From the IMG/VR virus record IMGVR_UViG_3300034122_002094: a DNA stretch of 64,000 nucleotides, one strand, 5' to 3'. The DNA is from a virus. Positions within the stretch are counted from its first letter, which is position 1. Every line of letters begins with the position of its first letter. Shown here in pieces: positions 37,526 through 45,803 of the stretch. The translations under genes were made by a program, and so were the position numbers. The notes beneath the pieces were generated by a model. The model did not search any database and was not told the origin of the DNA. It saw only the letters and a list, made by a program, of their open reading frames with translations.

Positions 37526-37893
37526 TGAGTGATGAGACTGAAGAGATGGAAGGTGAGGAGGAGCTGTGCTGGGGCTGCCAGCGCGAACCTGTCGGCCCCT
37601 ACAAGGACGATCAAGGATGCCCTGTGTGCATCGACTGCTATCGTGAGAAGCATGACGAGGAGGTGACAAGAGAGGTCATCACTGAACGGCAGGAGCAACG
37701 CCGCCACTTCTACGATGAAGACCATGACGATACCCAGGGCGATGTTCAGTGGAGCGAAGATCTGAGGCTCTACCATCGCAAGCTCAACGATGCGCTGGTG
37801 CGGTCTGACTATGAGCAGCTCAGGCGCAGGGCCATCCAACTGGCGGCAATGTCTGTGGCGCTCGTACAACATCTGGATAGAAAAGACAGATAA
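37525..37893 (+). CDS. CxxC-containing protein with MazG-like helical C-terminus
   Basis: V..ERQ.Q....D..HDD ... LRRRAIQLAAMSVALVQHLDR. Confidence 0.55.
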   Translation: MSDETEEMEGEEELCWGCQREPVGPYKDDQGCPVCIDCYREKHDEEVTREVITERQEQRRHFYDEDHDDTQGDVQWSEDLRLYHRKLNDALVRSDYEQLRRRAIQLAAMSVALVQHLDRKDR

Positions 37894-37908
37894 CTCAAGG
37901 ATAGCATC

Positions 37909-38071
37909 ATGGATCTGATCGAAGAGATCTCTCGTGCCTCAGCGTTTGATGAAGCCTTTGTCCGGCTCGATGAGCGCTGAGACCATCGGTGTGTTGGTCA
38001 AGCTCCTTGGTCATGTCATCAGGCTCGAAGGCCTTGGTGACTCCTGCCACGAGGTCGCACATGGAAGATAG
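37909..38071 (+). pseudogene. small gene with apparent frameshift
   Basis: RBS and ATG at 37909, stop at 37980; the +1 frame continues to TAG at 38071, overlapping the next start. Confidence 0.45.
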
Positions 38072-38453
38072 ACAGTGGGCGATTCTGATGAAGCTGCGTG
38101 ATGGCTTTACCGCCGAGACAGCTCATCCGAATTGGCCTTTTGACCCTGCCTGCCCAGCCTATGGACAGTGCGGGGCGGCGGCGCTGGCCTCACAGTTGAT
38201 CGCTCCAGACGTCGAGATCTACAAGGGTCGAGTGGGTCCTTGGACCCACTACATCTGCAAGCTCGGCGAGCACTGGTTCGACCTGACGGCTGATCAGTTT
38301 GAGATCAGACCGTTCTGCGGCTGCGATCATCCCTACTCTGGCAAGTGGAAGCTCGTCAAGATCAAAGACAAGGGCACGCGAGAGCGCGCTGAGCAAATCC
38401 TTGTCAATGCTTTTGATAATCTTCTTGGTAAAATCCTCTCAGGAGAAGTATAG
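38061..38453 (+). CDS. YunG-like protein (papain-like C..H..D triad)
   Basis: PAYGQCGAAAL, HY, FDLTADQF. Confidence 0.7.
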   Translation: MEDRQWAILMKLRDGFTAETAHPNWPFDPACPAYGQCGAAALASQLIAPDVEIYKGRVGPWTHYICKLGEHWFDLTADQFEIRPFCGCDHPYSGKWKLVKIKDKGTRERAEQILVNAFDNLLGKILSGEV

Positions 38454-38457
38454 CACC

Positions 38458-38736
38458 ATGAACTATGAAACGCAAAAGAAAAATCACGCTGGTTACATCC
38501 TGATCATGACGACGATGTCTGGCGAGCGGTTCTATGCTGGAAAGAAGAAGGTCATGACCAAGGCGCTCCCCGCCACAGAGTTCCTCTTCGAGACGGTCGA
38601 GGAGGCCCGAGCGTTCGACAGGGAGCTCCAGAGGCGCTGGGCGCAGCCTGGCTTCTGCGGCCTGAGCTGCTTCGTCTCGATCCACGAGGTCGTCCAGAAG
38701 GGCCAGAAGAGGCAGGTGTGCCATGAAGAGGTCTGA
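38458..38736 (+). CDS. hypothetical protein
   Basis: AGGAG upstream. Confidence 0.7.
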   Translation: MNYETQKKNHAGYILIMTTMSGERFYAGKKKVMTKALPATEFLFETVEEARAFDRELQRRWAQPGFCGLSCFVSIHEVVQKGQKRQVCHEEV

Positions 38737-38747
38737 CGACACCAGTT

Positions 38748-39187
38748 GTGTACCGGCTGAATCCATCGACCCCTCCAGACAGCCGGTACACCCTTAAACC
38801 TTTGCACTGCTTTTATTTTCATTGGTGGATCATGGAGCGTGTACAAGCGTGTGTCGGCAAGACCCGGTACACGCTTTTCCTTTTGTTTATCAGTCGTTTA
38901 ATACAGAAAACAAGGGCGTGTACCGCCACTCTGGGCTCTTTCTTTATATTTTCTAAGAGAGCACAAGAAAAGAGCACGGCCCCCCGGTACACGCACTGTT
39001 GAGCATACAGAAACTATTTACACTGTGACACTTTAGGTGTGTACCGGGCCAGCTTGCACACAGTCGGTACACAGCCCGATTTGCCCGGCACACACCTTTC
39101 TGTTGACACAAGCTATCGAAGCGATCTATAAAGTAAAAAGCGTGTACCGGCGTTAAAAACCACCGTGTACCGCCCCACCCGGTACAC
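38748..39187. repeat. array of GTGTACCG motifs in both orientations (candidate origin or iteron array)
   Basis: + copies at 38748, 38918, 39039, 39142, 39165; - copies at ~38784, 38865, 38985, 39065, 39180; AT-rich spacers; non-coding. Confidence 0.85.
39103..39132 (+). promoter_or_regulatory. sigma70-like promoter inside the repeat array
   Basis: TTGACA-18-TATAAA. Confidence 0.6.
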
Positions 39188-39202
39188 ACCATAGGAGCTA
39201 CC

Positions 39203-39469
39203 GTGTCGAATCTGCAAGTGATGACGATCGAGAAGACCCGCAACCTTGCTGGGGTCGATGCTGAAGCGTTATGCGCCAAGCACCCAGACGAGTACAAGAT
39301 GATCTACGACGCGATCTTTCAGAGCATTTTTGCCAAACGACGCAGGGCCATGATCGCTGTTCCCTTCGTGCAGCTCGCGATCGTTGAAGAGCTGCTCAAA
39401 GAGCTGGGCTTCACCTCTGATCGTCATGTCGTGAAGGACAACAAGCAGTGCGTCATCTGGGAGTGGTGA
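39203..39469 (+). CDS. hypothetical protein
   Basis: AGGAG RBS; GTG start. Confidence 0.75.
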   Translation: MSNLQVMTIEKTRNLAGVDAEALCAKHPDEYKMIYDAIFQSIFAKRRRAMIAVPFVQLAIVEELLKELGFTSDRHVVKDNKQCVIWEW

Positions 39470-39471
39470 CC

Positions 39472-39687
39472 ATGAAATACTATGACGGCAAGAACTTTTT
39501 AACTGGCGAGCTCTACGACTTCAGCGTCGCCGCCCTCGATAGTGACGAGGCCGAGTCGATCTTCGCCTACTTCACTGACCAGCCGATCAGCCAGGTCTCT
39601 GTCAGTCGGATCGACCTGACGAGCCTGGACGATGAAGGTCGGAGAGACGCTCTGGAGCGTCGTGACACCTTCCTCGAAGAAAGCTAG
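39472..39687 (+). CDS. hypothetical protein
   Basis: GGAG RBS. Confidence 0.7.
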   Translation: MKYYDGKNFLTGELYDFSVAALDSDEAESIFAYFTDQPISQVSVSRIDLTSLDDEGRRDALERRDTFLEES

Positions 39688-39763
39688 ACCAACACACATA
39701 CCACAGTAACAAACGCCTCTGCGTCGCTCTACGGAGCTCGTGGAGGCCATTATGAGGTGCCTT

Positions 39764-40768
39764 ATGAGCGAGATTGTACTGATTGACTTCCGAACCAGCC
39801 ATGCGTCGCTGTTCGAGAGCGTGCGCCTGCTGAACTCAAACGAGAGCGCGTGGTGGATGACCTCTTTGTTGTTTCCTGCGGCAGTCGCGGCAGGCTCCAA
39901 CGGCAAGAAGGACAAGTCCCAGCCCAAGCAACCTGTCCAGTTCCCGAGGATGCTCGGCGCCAAGGGTCAGATCCCGTTCGACGCTCTGATCGAGCAGCAG
40001 ATCCTCGATCGTGAATCTCAGGAGCCTCGCTATCAAGCTCACCGAGCAGAGAGTGAGGCGATGCTGACTCAGTTGTTGGCCGAACGCTTCATCGGTGATG
40101 GGCTTGTCATGCTGGAAGAGGCAATGGTGCTCATCCAGAGCCAGATCCGCCAGACCGAGCATTCGGTGGTCACAAGACTCCTGCGCCGCCCCGGTCGTCC
40201 GACTGTGGCCGTGTATCAAGAGGTGGATCTGGCCAATCCGCTTGGCCCTCTGATCTCAAAGCTCAAGCTGCGCGATCTGAGCGACGAAGATGTCAGGTTT
40301 GAGAACCTGCCAGAGAAGACGCGAAACGCCCTGATCGGCGTGGCGGCGAGACATCGCTACGCCATGTCGCAAGGTCTTGAGAAGCTTCTGGAGGCCAAGC
40401 TGTTGATGGAGGTGCCGCACCGTCTGGTGGGCTTTCAGGACAGCGTCTCAGCGAACACTGAGTTCATGACGAGTCTCTTCAGCTTTGCGAGGGATGAGCG
40501 TGAGTGGTGCTCCGCTCTCATCGACAGCATCCGTCAGATGCTTGATCTCACAGACGAGGACATCGTCCGACGTGTGCTGTTCAAGCTGGAGTGGCGCCGG
40601 TGTATGCTTGTGACCCTGGCGAACGCTTGCCAGCTCAAGGTCGACACTGAGACTCAGACCTCAGCTCATTCCTGGCCCATCGAGGTCATCTCGGAGGTTG
40701 GTGAAGACCTTGTGTATCGAGGCACCATCTATCAGAGCTGGATCGACTTCCGACCAGACACACTATAA
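39764..40768 (+). CDS. hypothetical protein
   Basis: GAGGTG RBS. Confidence 0.8.
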   Translation: MSEIVLIDFRTSHASLFESVRLLNSNESAWWMTSLLFPAAVAAGSNGKKDKSQPKQPVQFPRMLGAKGQIPFDALIEQQILDRESQEPRYQAHRAESEAMLTQLLAERFIGDGLVMLEEAMVLIQSQIRQTEHSVVTRLLRRPGRPTVAVYQEVDLANPLGPLISKLKLRDLSDEDVRFENLPEKTRNALIGVAARHRYAMSQGLEKLLEAKLLMEVPHRLVGFQDSVSANTEFMTSLFSFARDEREWCSALIDSIRQMLDLTDEDIVRRVLFKLEWRRCMLVTLANACQLKVDTETQTSAHSWPIEVISEVGEDLVYRGTIYQSWIDFRPDTL

Positions 40769-40773
40769 TGTCG

Positions 40774-40802
40774 TTGACAAATAAATAGTGCTGCGCTATC
40801 AA
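40774..40802 (+). promoter_or_regulatory. class P promoter heading the AAA-vWA-Hen1-ligase gene train
   Basis: TCG-TTGACA-17(TAGTG)-TATCAA, then AATGGTCGGTG/CACCGACCATT hairpin. Confidence 0.85.
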
Positions 40803-40853
40803 TGAATGGTCGGTGGGAAAGCTCACCGACCATTGCTTTATCTGGAGTTCATC

Positions 40854-41114
40854 ATGATAAGCTGGTGTGAGCTCGTCCCCGGATGCACCTACCTCAAGAG
40901 CGCTGAATATGATCTCAGCTACTGCGAAGAGCAGATCCTTGACTGTCTCGCGGATAATTGCGCAGCGCACCTCTGGAGGATTTCTCGGGCTCTTGAGACC
41001 ATCTACATCTTGTCTGCTCGCAAAGCCAACAGAGCTGGTCACAGGCTGGAGGCCCTGCGCCTGTCAAAGAAGGCTCAAGCCGAAAGAGAGCGAAGACAAG
41101 TATGTGCAGGATAA
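40854..41114 (+). CDS. hypothetical protein
   Basis: GGAG RBS. Confidence 0.65.
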   Translation: MISWCELVPGCTYLKSAEYDLSYCEEQILDCLADNCAAHLWRISRALETIYILSARKANRAGHRLEALRLSKKAQAERERRQVCAG

Positions 41115-41115
41115 C

Positions 41116-41355
41116 ATGAAAGATCATCACACTGAGAAGACTCAAGGATACGCGATCGTCTACAAGAAGACGCCCTGGGTCAATGTCGGCTGGTTCAATC
41201 TATACGAAACAAAAGCTCAGGCTCAAGCTGAACTTGAGAGACAGGCCAAGACAGAACGACACACAGGCCGCAACGAGCAGAAGTGGCGCGATGCCGTCAT
41301 GATCGTCAGGGTCACAAGAACAGTCACAGCACACGTTGAAGAGGAATCCGATTGA
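41116..41355 (+). CDS. hypothetical protein
   Basis: AGGA RBS. Confidence 0.7.
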   Translation: MKDHHTEKTQGYAIVYKKTPWVNVGWFNLYETKAQAQAELERQAKTERHTGRNEQKWRDAVMIVRVTRTVTAHVEEESD

Positions 41356-42527
41356 GCACAACGACAAAGTCAGATGTCATCCGCGCCCTACTGGGCAACC
41401 TTGAGAGCTTCTTGAACGAGATCAGCTATGAGCGGTCTCGCGAGATCGAGCTCATCATCGCTGTCATCGTGGCACGACAGCACATGTTCATGCTGGGACC
41501 ACCGGGTGTCGCCAAGTCCTACATCCTTGAGGAGCTGTCTCGCTGCGTCGAAGGCCGCTGCTTCAAGAAGCTGTTCTCGGCGATGACCGAGCTCTCAGAG
41601 GTCCTCGGTCCGATCGACCTCAAGGCTTTCGAGCAGGAAAACGAGCTGCGCTTCAACTACAAGGACATGCTCCCTGATGCGCACTTCTTCCTCGCTGACG
41701 AGGTCTTCAAGGCCAACTCCGTGCTGCTGAACGCGCTGCTGGAGCTGCTGAACGAGCGCCGCTTCACCAACGGCAGCCAGCGCGTCAACACAGCCCTTGT
41801 CTCTGCCTTCGGCGCCTCGAATGAGCTCCCACAGGAGGGCCTTGAGGCCTTCTATGACCGCTTCCTCGTTCGCACCCAGGTGCTACCCATCCAGGACCCG
41901 CTGATGTTTGCCGAGTATGCTCGGGGCGGGCATATCGCAGCCAAGCGGCGGTGGGAGAACGGGGAGGATGGTCGCACCATGCCGAAGCTCACGCTCAAGA
42001 TGCTGGAGTATGCGGCTGAAGAAGCATCGAAGGTCCTGGTGACTCCCGAGTTTGCCAACCACCTCTCCAAGCTGCGCCAGACGTTCAACCTCAAGCACGG
42101 CGACGTCCAGATCTCTGACCGTCGCTGGGGTCAGGCCGTCCAATTTGCCAAGGCAAGCGCATGGATTGCCGGACGTGAGAAGCTCGTGCGTAACGACCTC
42201 TTCTACCTGCGCGACTGCCTGTGGGATGAGCCTTCGCAGCGTGGGCCGATCCAGAACACAATCGCTCAGGCTTGCGACCACTCGCTGGCCGACTTCCAGA
42301 CAACGCTCAATGACATCAGAGCTGCCATCGCCACAGCTCGTCAGGCCTCTCGATACGCTGATGCCATGAAGCATCAGACTGCAATCAATGAGCTTGACAA
42401 GATCATGCTGGCGATGCTAGAGAACGACCCGTCGCTCGGACTGTACTGCCGAGCTGCAATGCAGCAGCTCCAGTCAGATCGCAGACAGCTCAAAGAGCAT
42501 ATCGAGACACTCGTCCAGAGGAAGTAA
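41352..42527 (+). CDS. MoxR-family (RavA-like) AAA+ ATPase
   Basis: Walker A GPPGVAKS, Walker B FLADEVFKAN, GASNELP, AFYDRF, ISDRRW. Confidence 0.9.
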   Translation: MSTTTKSDVIRALLGNLESFLNEISYERSREIELIIAVIVARQHMFMLGPPGVAKSYILEELSRCVEGRCFKKLFSAMTELSEVLGPIDLKAFEQENELRFNYKDMLPDAHFFLADEVFKANSVLLNALLELLNERRFTNGSQRVNTALVSAFGASNELPQEGLEAFYDRFLVRTQVLPIQDPLMFAEYARGGHIAAKRRWENGEDGRTMPKLTLKMLEYAAEEASKVLVTPEFANHLSKLRQTFNLKHGDVQISDRRWGQAVQFAKASAWIAGREKLVRNDLFYLRDCLWDEPSQRGPIQNTIAQACDHSLADFQTTLNDIRAAIATARQASRYADAMKHQTAINELDKIMLAMLENDPSLGLYCRAAMQQLQSDRRQLKEHIETLVQRK

Positions 42528-42528
42528 C

Positions 42529-42921
42529 ATGGCAGACATGAGCGCCGAGGCACTCGGCATCTACAACAAGCTCTCTCGCTTGCTGGTCGCTGCGGCGGTC
42601 CGCACTGGATATACAACAGAGGCGGATCTCTACTTCTCGATCGACGAGGCCAGCCAAAACAAGAAGGCGTCCAGTGGCGCCAGCGTGATCCTTGTCGTGG
42701 ATGTCCGCAAGGTCGGCGCTCAGCGCTTCTTCAAGGTACTGGAGTCGCTGCTCGACGAAGATCTCGTGCTCGACTATCGCATCGAGTACCAGGCTTATGC
42801 CAAGAGCCCGTTCGTCGGCGGCCTCTCGTTTGATCCCATCCGCGCTGCCGTCGAGTCTGAGCGCCGCACATACGCACTCTTCACCGAGCGCCAAGATAAG
42901 GAGGCTCCCGATGCTGATTAA
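42529..42921 (+). CDS. hypothetical protein
   Basis: GAGGA RBS. Confidence 0.75.
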   Translation: MADMSAEALGIYNKLSRLLVAAAVRTGYTTEADLYFSIDEASQNKKASSGASVILVVDVRKVGAQRFFKVLESLLDEDLVLDYRIEYQAYAKSPFVGGLSFDPIRAAVESERRTYALFTERQDKEAPDAD

Positions 42922-43315
42922 AAGCCTGAACACATGGCAGTTCAAAGCCCTGAACATCTCGCTGCTCGTCATGGCTTTCATCACACATGTGATGGGTGTG
43001 CCAGAGATCTCTCGGCTGTTTGTCCTCAGCTTCGCGCTGACCAACGCCTTCGAGATCGGCGTGCAAGCTGGTAGTGTCAAAGCCAGCGGTGCATTGAATG
43101 CCTCAGAGATCAATAAAATCCATCGACATGTGATAAAGATCCATGTCGTCGGCCTCCTGGGCATTGCTTCGCTGGTCGTGACGCTCGTCATTGCTGCTCA
43201 CATGACGGCGAATACGCCGTACCAGAACTTCTGGGACTTTGTCTTCAGCGGAGTATGCGTCGCTCACTACTGCTTGTTTGGCATCTATGCCATTCAGAGA
43301 GAGGAGCTCAATTGA
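42911..43315 (+). CDS. multi-pass membrane protein
   Basis: About four hydrophobic segments; TAAGGAGG RBS. Confidence 0.75.
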   Translation: MLIKSLNTWQFKALNISLLVMAFITHVMGVPEISRLFVLSFALTNAFEIGVQAGSVKASGALNASEINKIHRHVIKIHVVGLLGIASLVVTLVIAAHMTANTPYQNFWDFVFSGVCVAHYCLFGIYAIQREELN

Positions 43316-43893
43316 CTCAGTCAAAGTTGACGGTGATCGAGGGCGGCACAGATTGTACCCGGCTGCTCTACTACAACTGCCCTGTTCGTCATCCATCGCT
43401 CAAGGTCGAGATCGTCACAGATGAGCGCCACCAGCTTCTCTGTGAGATGATCTGGGCCTCTGGGCTGTTCGACGTCGAAGCGCTGGTTGGCCTGAAGATC
43501 ATGCCAGGTCCGTTCGAGCCGTCTGTCAGCAACGGGACAAGATCTCCCTGGAAGGTTGTCAGCCATCTCAAGTCTGACATCGTCTGGGGACCCACAGGCA
43601 ACCCAGCAGCCGCAGTCGGTGAACGGCAGAACTATGATGGTCGTGCTGGCCTGACTTACTCGGCTGAGCTGGCCGCACAGCCTGTCGTTGTTGCGCTGGA
43701 AGGCCAGGAAACAGGCTATGCCTGCATCAACGTACTCGCCAATGAGAAATATGTTGGCAGGCTGGTTTATAGCTGGGACAACCTGGCTGATCCGCCTGTA
43801 AGCTTTGGTCTCAAGGCGCTCAAGACCGGTCTGCAAGAGTACAACGACAACGCCCTCAAACAGCGCCAAGCCTTCTTGCTGGAGAATCCATGA
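43312..43893 (+). CDS. hypothetical protein, paralog of 43890
   Basis: KLTVIEGGT..LLYY..HPS..RHQLLCEM..RSPW..YSW.NL.DPP. Confidence 0.85.
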   Translation: MTQSKLTVIEGGTDCTRLLYYNCPVRHPSLKVEIVTDERHQLLCEMIWASGLFDVEALVGLKIMPGPFEPSVSNGTRSPWKVVSHLKSDIVWGPTGNPAAAVGERQNYDGRAGLTYSAELAAQPVVVALEGQETGYACINVLANEKYVGRLVYSWDNLADPPVSFGLKALKTGLQEYNDNALKQRQAFLLENP

Positions 43894-44519
43894 AAGAAAA
43901 ATTAACCGTCATCGAAGGTGGGACAGAAGACCCCCTGCTGCTCTACTACAAACATGTCGTCATTCATCCATCGCCCTCCTACCAGATCATGTCTGATGAT
44001 CGTCATCAGCTCCTCTGCGAGATGGTGATCCAGAAAGGGATCTTCGAGATCGAGGCGATGGTCGGCAAAATGATGGACCCCAGCAAGCCATTCAAGCCCT
44101 GGGTTTGCAATGGCTTACGCAGTCCCTGGCGCCTCGTATGTCACAAAGTCGAGGAGGCTGGCGTCGACAACATCATCATCGCCAGGCCTCCAGCCCAGAT
44201 TGGTGATACCACTGTCCTGATCAGCATGGGCGGCATCACTGTCAAAGCTCGCATGGGCACCTCATGCGTCGCGATGCTTGTTGGCGTTGGCCAGATCTGT
44301 GGCGCCGCCATCGAAGTGTTGGTGAACGAGGATGTAGTGGGTGAGATCCATTACAGTTGGAACAACCTTGTAGATCCGCCCTTCGAGAAAGGCGATCTCA
44401 TGGTAAGTAACGATGCCGCTCTTTACAATGCCTCGATCATCAAAGAGAGGTCCGACTTGATCGCTGCTGAGCGCTCCAAAATGAGACTTCCTTACAAGCA
44501 GTCCAAGAGACCCCTATGA
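43890..44519 (+). CDS. hypothetical protein, paralog of 43312
   Basis: Shared motifs; ATGA coupling. Confidence 0.85.
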   Translation: MKEKLTVIEGGTEDPLLLYYKHVVIHPSPSYQIMSDDRHQLLCEMVIQKGIFEIEAMVGKMMDPSKPFKPWVCNGLRSPWRLVCHKVEEAGVDNIIIARPPAQIGDTTVLISMGGITVKARMGTSCVAMLVGVGQICGAAIEVLVNEDVVGEIHYSWNNLVDPPFEKGDLMVSNDAALYNASIIKERSDLIAAERSKMRLPYKQSKRPL

Positions 44520-45802
44520 ATGAATGGATGGCTGAGATGGACAGGGATGTGTTTCTGCACTACGGCGCGAAGCACCTCTTTGTCGACGAATACAAAAAAG
44601 CTGAGCCTGCTATCCAAGAGCAAATCGTGGATCTGTACGGCTCTCTCTATCGTGGCAGGTCTCACGAGCTGATCGATGCAGCCAGGCATTCCAGCCACTA
44701 CTTCGACACCCACGTCGAGCTCAGTCGCGGAGATCCTTTCCACTCACTCTACATGAGTTATCTCGTCCACAAGTACGTCGATGAGCCCTATCAGGAGGCC
44801 AAAAAGAAAGGCTGCAAAGGCAATGAGCTTGGCGACTTGATGTCTGGCCTGATCAACGAGAAGGTCAAGCCAGAGCTCGATGCAGCGCTTGAGGCTCATG
44901 CAGATCTCATGGACCTGCTTCAGTCTGAGAGAGGCGATCAGCCTGGCAACAGGGTCGATCAGATCACCGGCCAGACCCTGGAGGATCTCCAGCGGATCGT
45001 GGGTCTGTGCAGCGAGCCCAACTTTGCCGCTGTCATGAAGCTCATGGGCCGCTTCTTTCGCAGCTACTCTGCCATGTTCAAGACGCAGGTGTTCCCGAGC
45101 AACACGGTGCCGGTCGATGTCAAGTTCGGCAGGCAGATCTCTCATGTGTTGTCAAGTGAGCTCCTGGCGCTGGCCAATCCCTCTCTGCGCCGCCTGTTCC
45201 GTCTGAAGTTCGTCACTGGACGCCTGCTCCAATTCGACAAGGAGCACAAGGAGGGTAGCAATCGTGGACCGCTGTACCTGGCGCTTGACATCTCTGGCTC
45301 GATGAGCGCTGAGCTCAAACTTGATCAAGGCCTTCACGTCCATCGCTACCAGCTCGCCGCAGCGCTCATCCTCGTGCTCATGCGCATCTGCTACAAAGAG
45401 AAGCGTGAGTTTGAGATGTTCCTGTTTGGCAGCTCGACAAGGCACCTCTTCTCGTCGAAGGACTACCCGAGGTTGATCGATGCGATGGAGAAGCTCGTGA
45501 AGAGCTGCAAAGGCACAGATGGAACAGACATCAAAAGGTGCTTCAAATCACTGGTAGATTTCAAAGCCAGGGCTGGAGATACCATTCAGCCCGACTTTGT
45601 CATCATCTCTGACCTCGAAGACCAGTGTCCCATGACGACAGTTCAAGAGATCAATAATATGATCGGCGAAACTCGTTGCCATGCGCTCATCGTTCATGAT
45701 AGTCTTGATAGTGAGTGGAACAAGGTCTTTACGACCGTCACCGCTACCACCAACCCCGCCAACATGACCCAGTTCCTGGTCGACTCCACAAGGAAAAGAT
45801 AA
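44516..45802 (+). CDS. vWA-domain protein (ViaA-like)
   Basis: MIDAS DISGSM, GTD, ISD; G..ISHVLSSEL upstream motif. Confidence 0.85.
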   Translation: MNEWMAEMDRDVFLHYGAKHLFVDEYKKAEPAIQEQIVDLYGSLYRGRSHELIDAARHSSHYFDTHVELSRGDPFHSLYMSYLVHKYVDEPYQEAKKKGCKGNELGDLMSGLINEKVKPELDAALEAHADLMDLLQSERGDQPGNRVDQITGQTLEDLQRIVGLCSEPNFAAVMKLMGRFFRSYSAMFKTQVFPSNTVPVDVKFGRQISHVLSSELLALANPSLRRLFRLKFVTGRLLQFDKEHKEGSNRGPLYLALDISGSMSAELKLDQGLHVHRYQLAAALILVLMRICYKEKREFEMFLFGSSTRHLFSSKDYPRLIDAMEKLVKSCKGTDGTDIKRCFKSLVDFKARAGDTIQPDFVIISDLEDQCPMTTVQEINNMIGETRCHALIVHDSLDSEWNKVFTTVTATTNPANMTQFLVDSTRKR

Positions 45803-45803
45803 T

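Noticed and set aside
38748-39187. GTGTACCG array as a CRISPR array
   Set aside because: The repeat is only 8-9 bp, occurs in both orientations and has irregular spacing.
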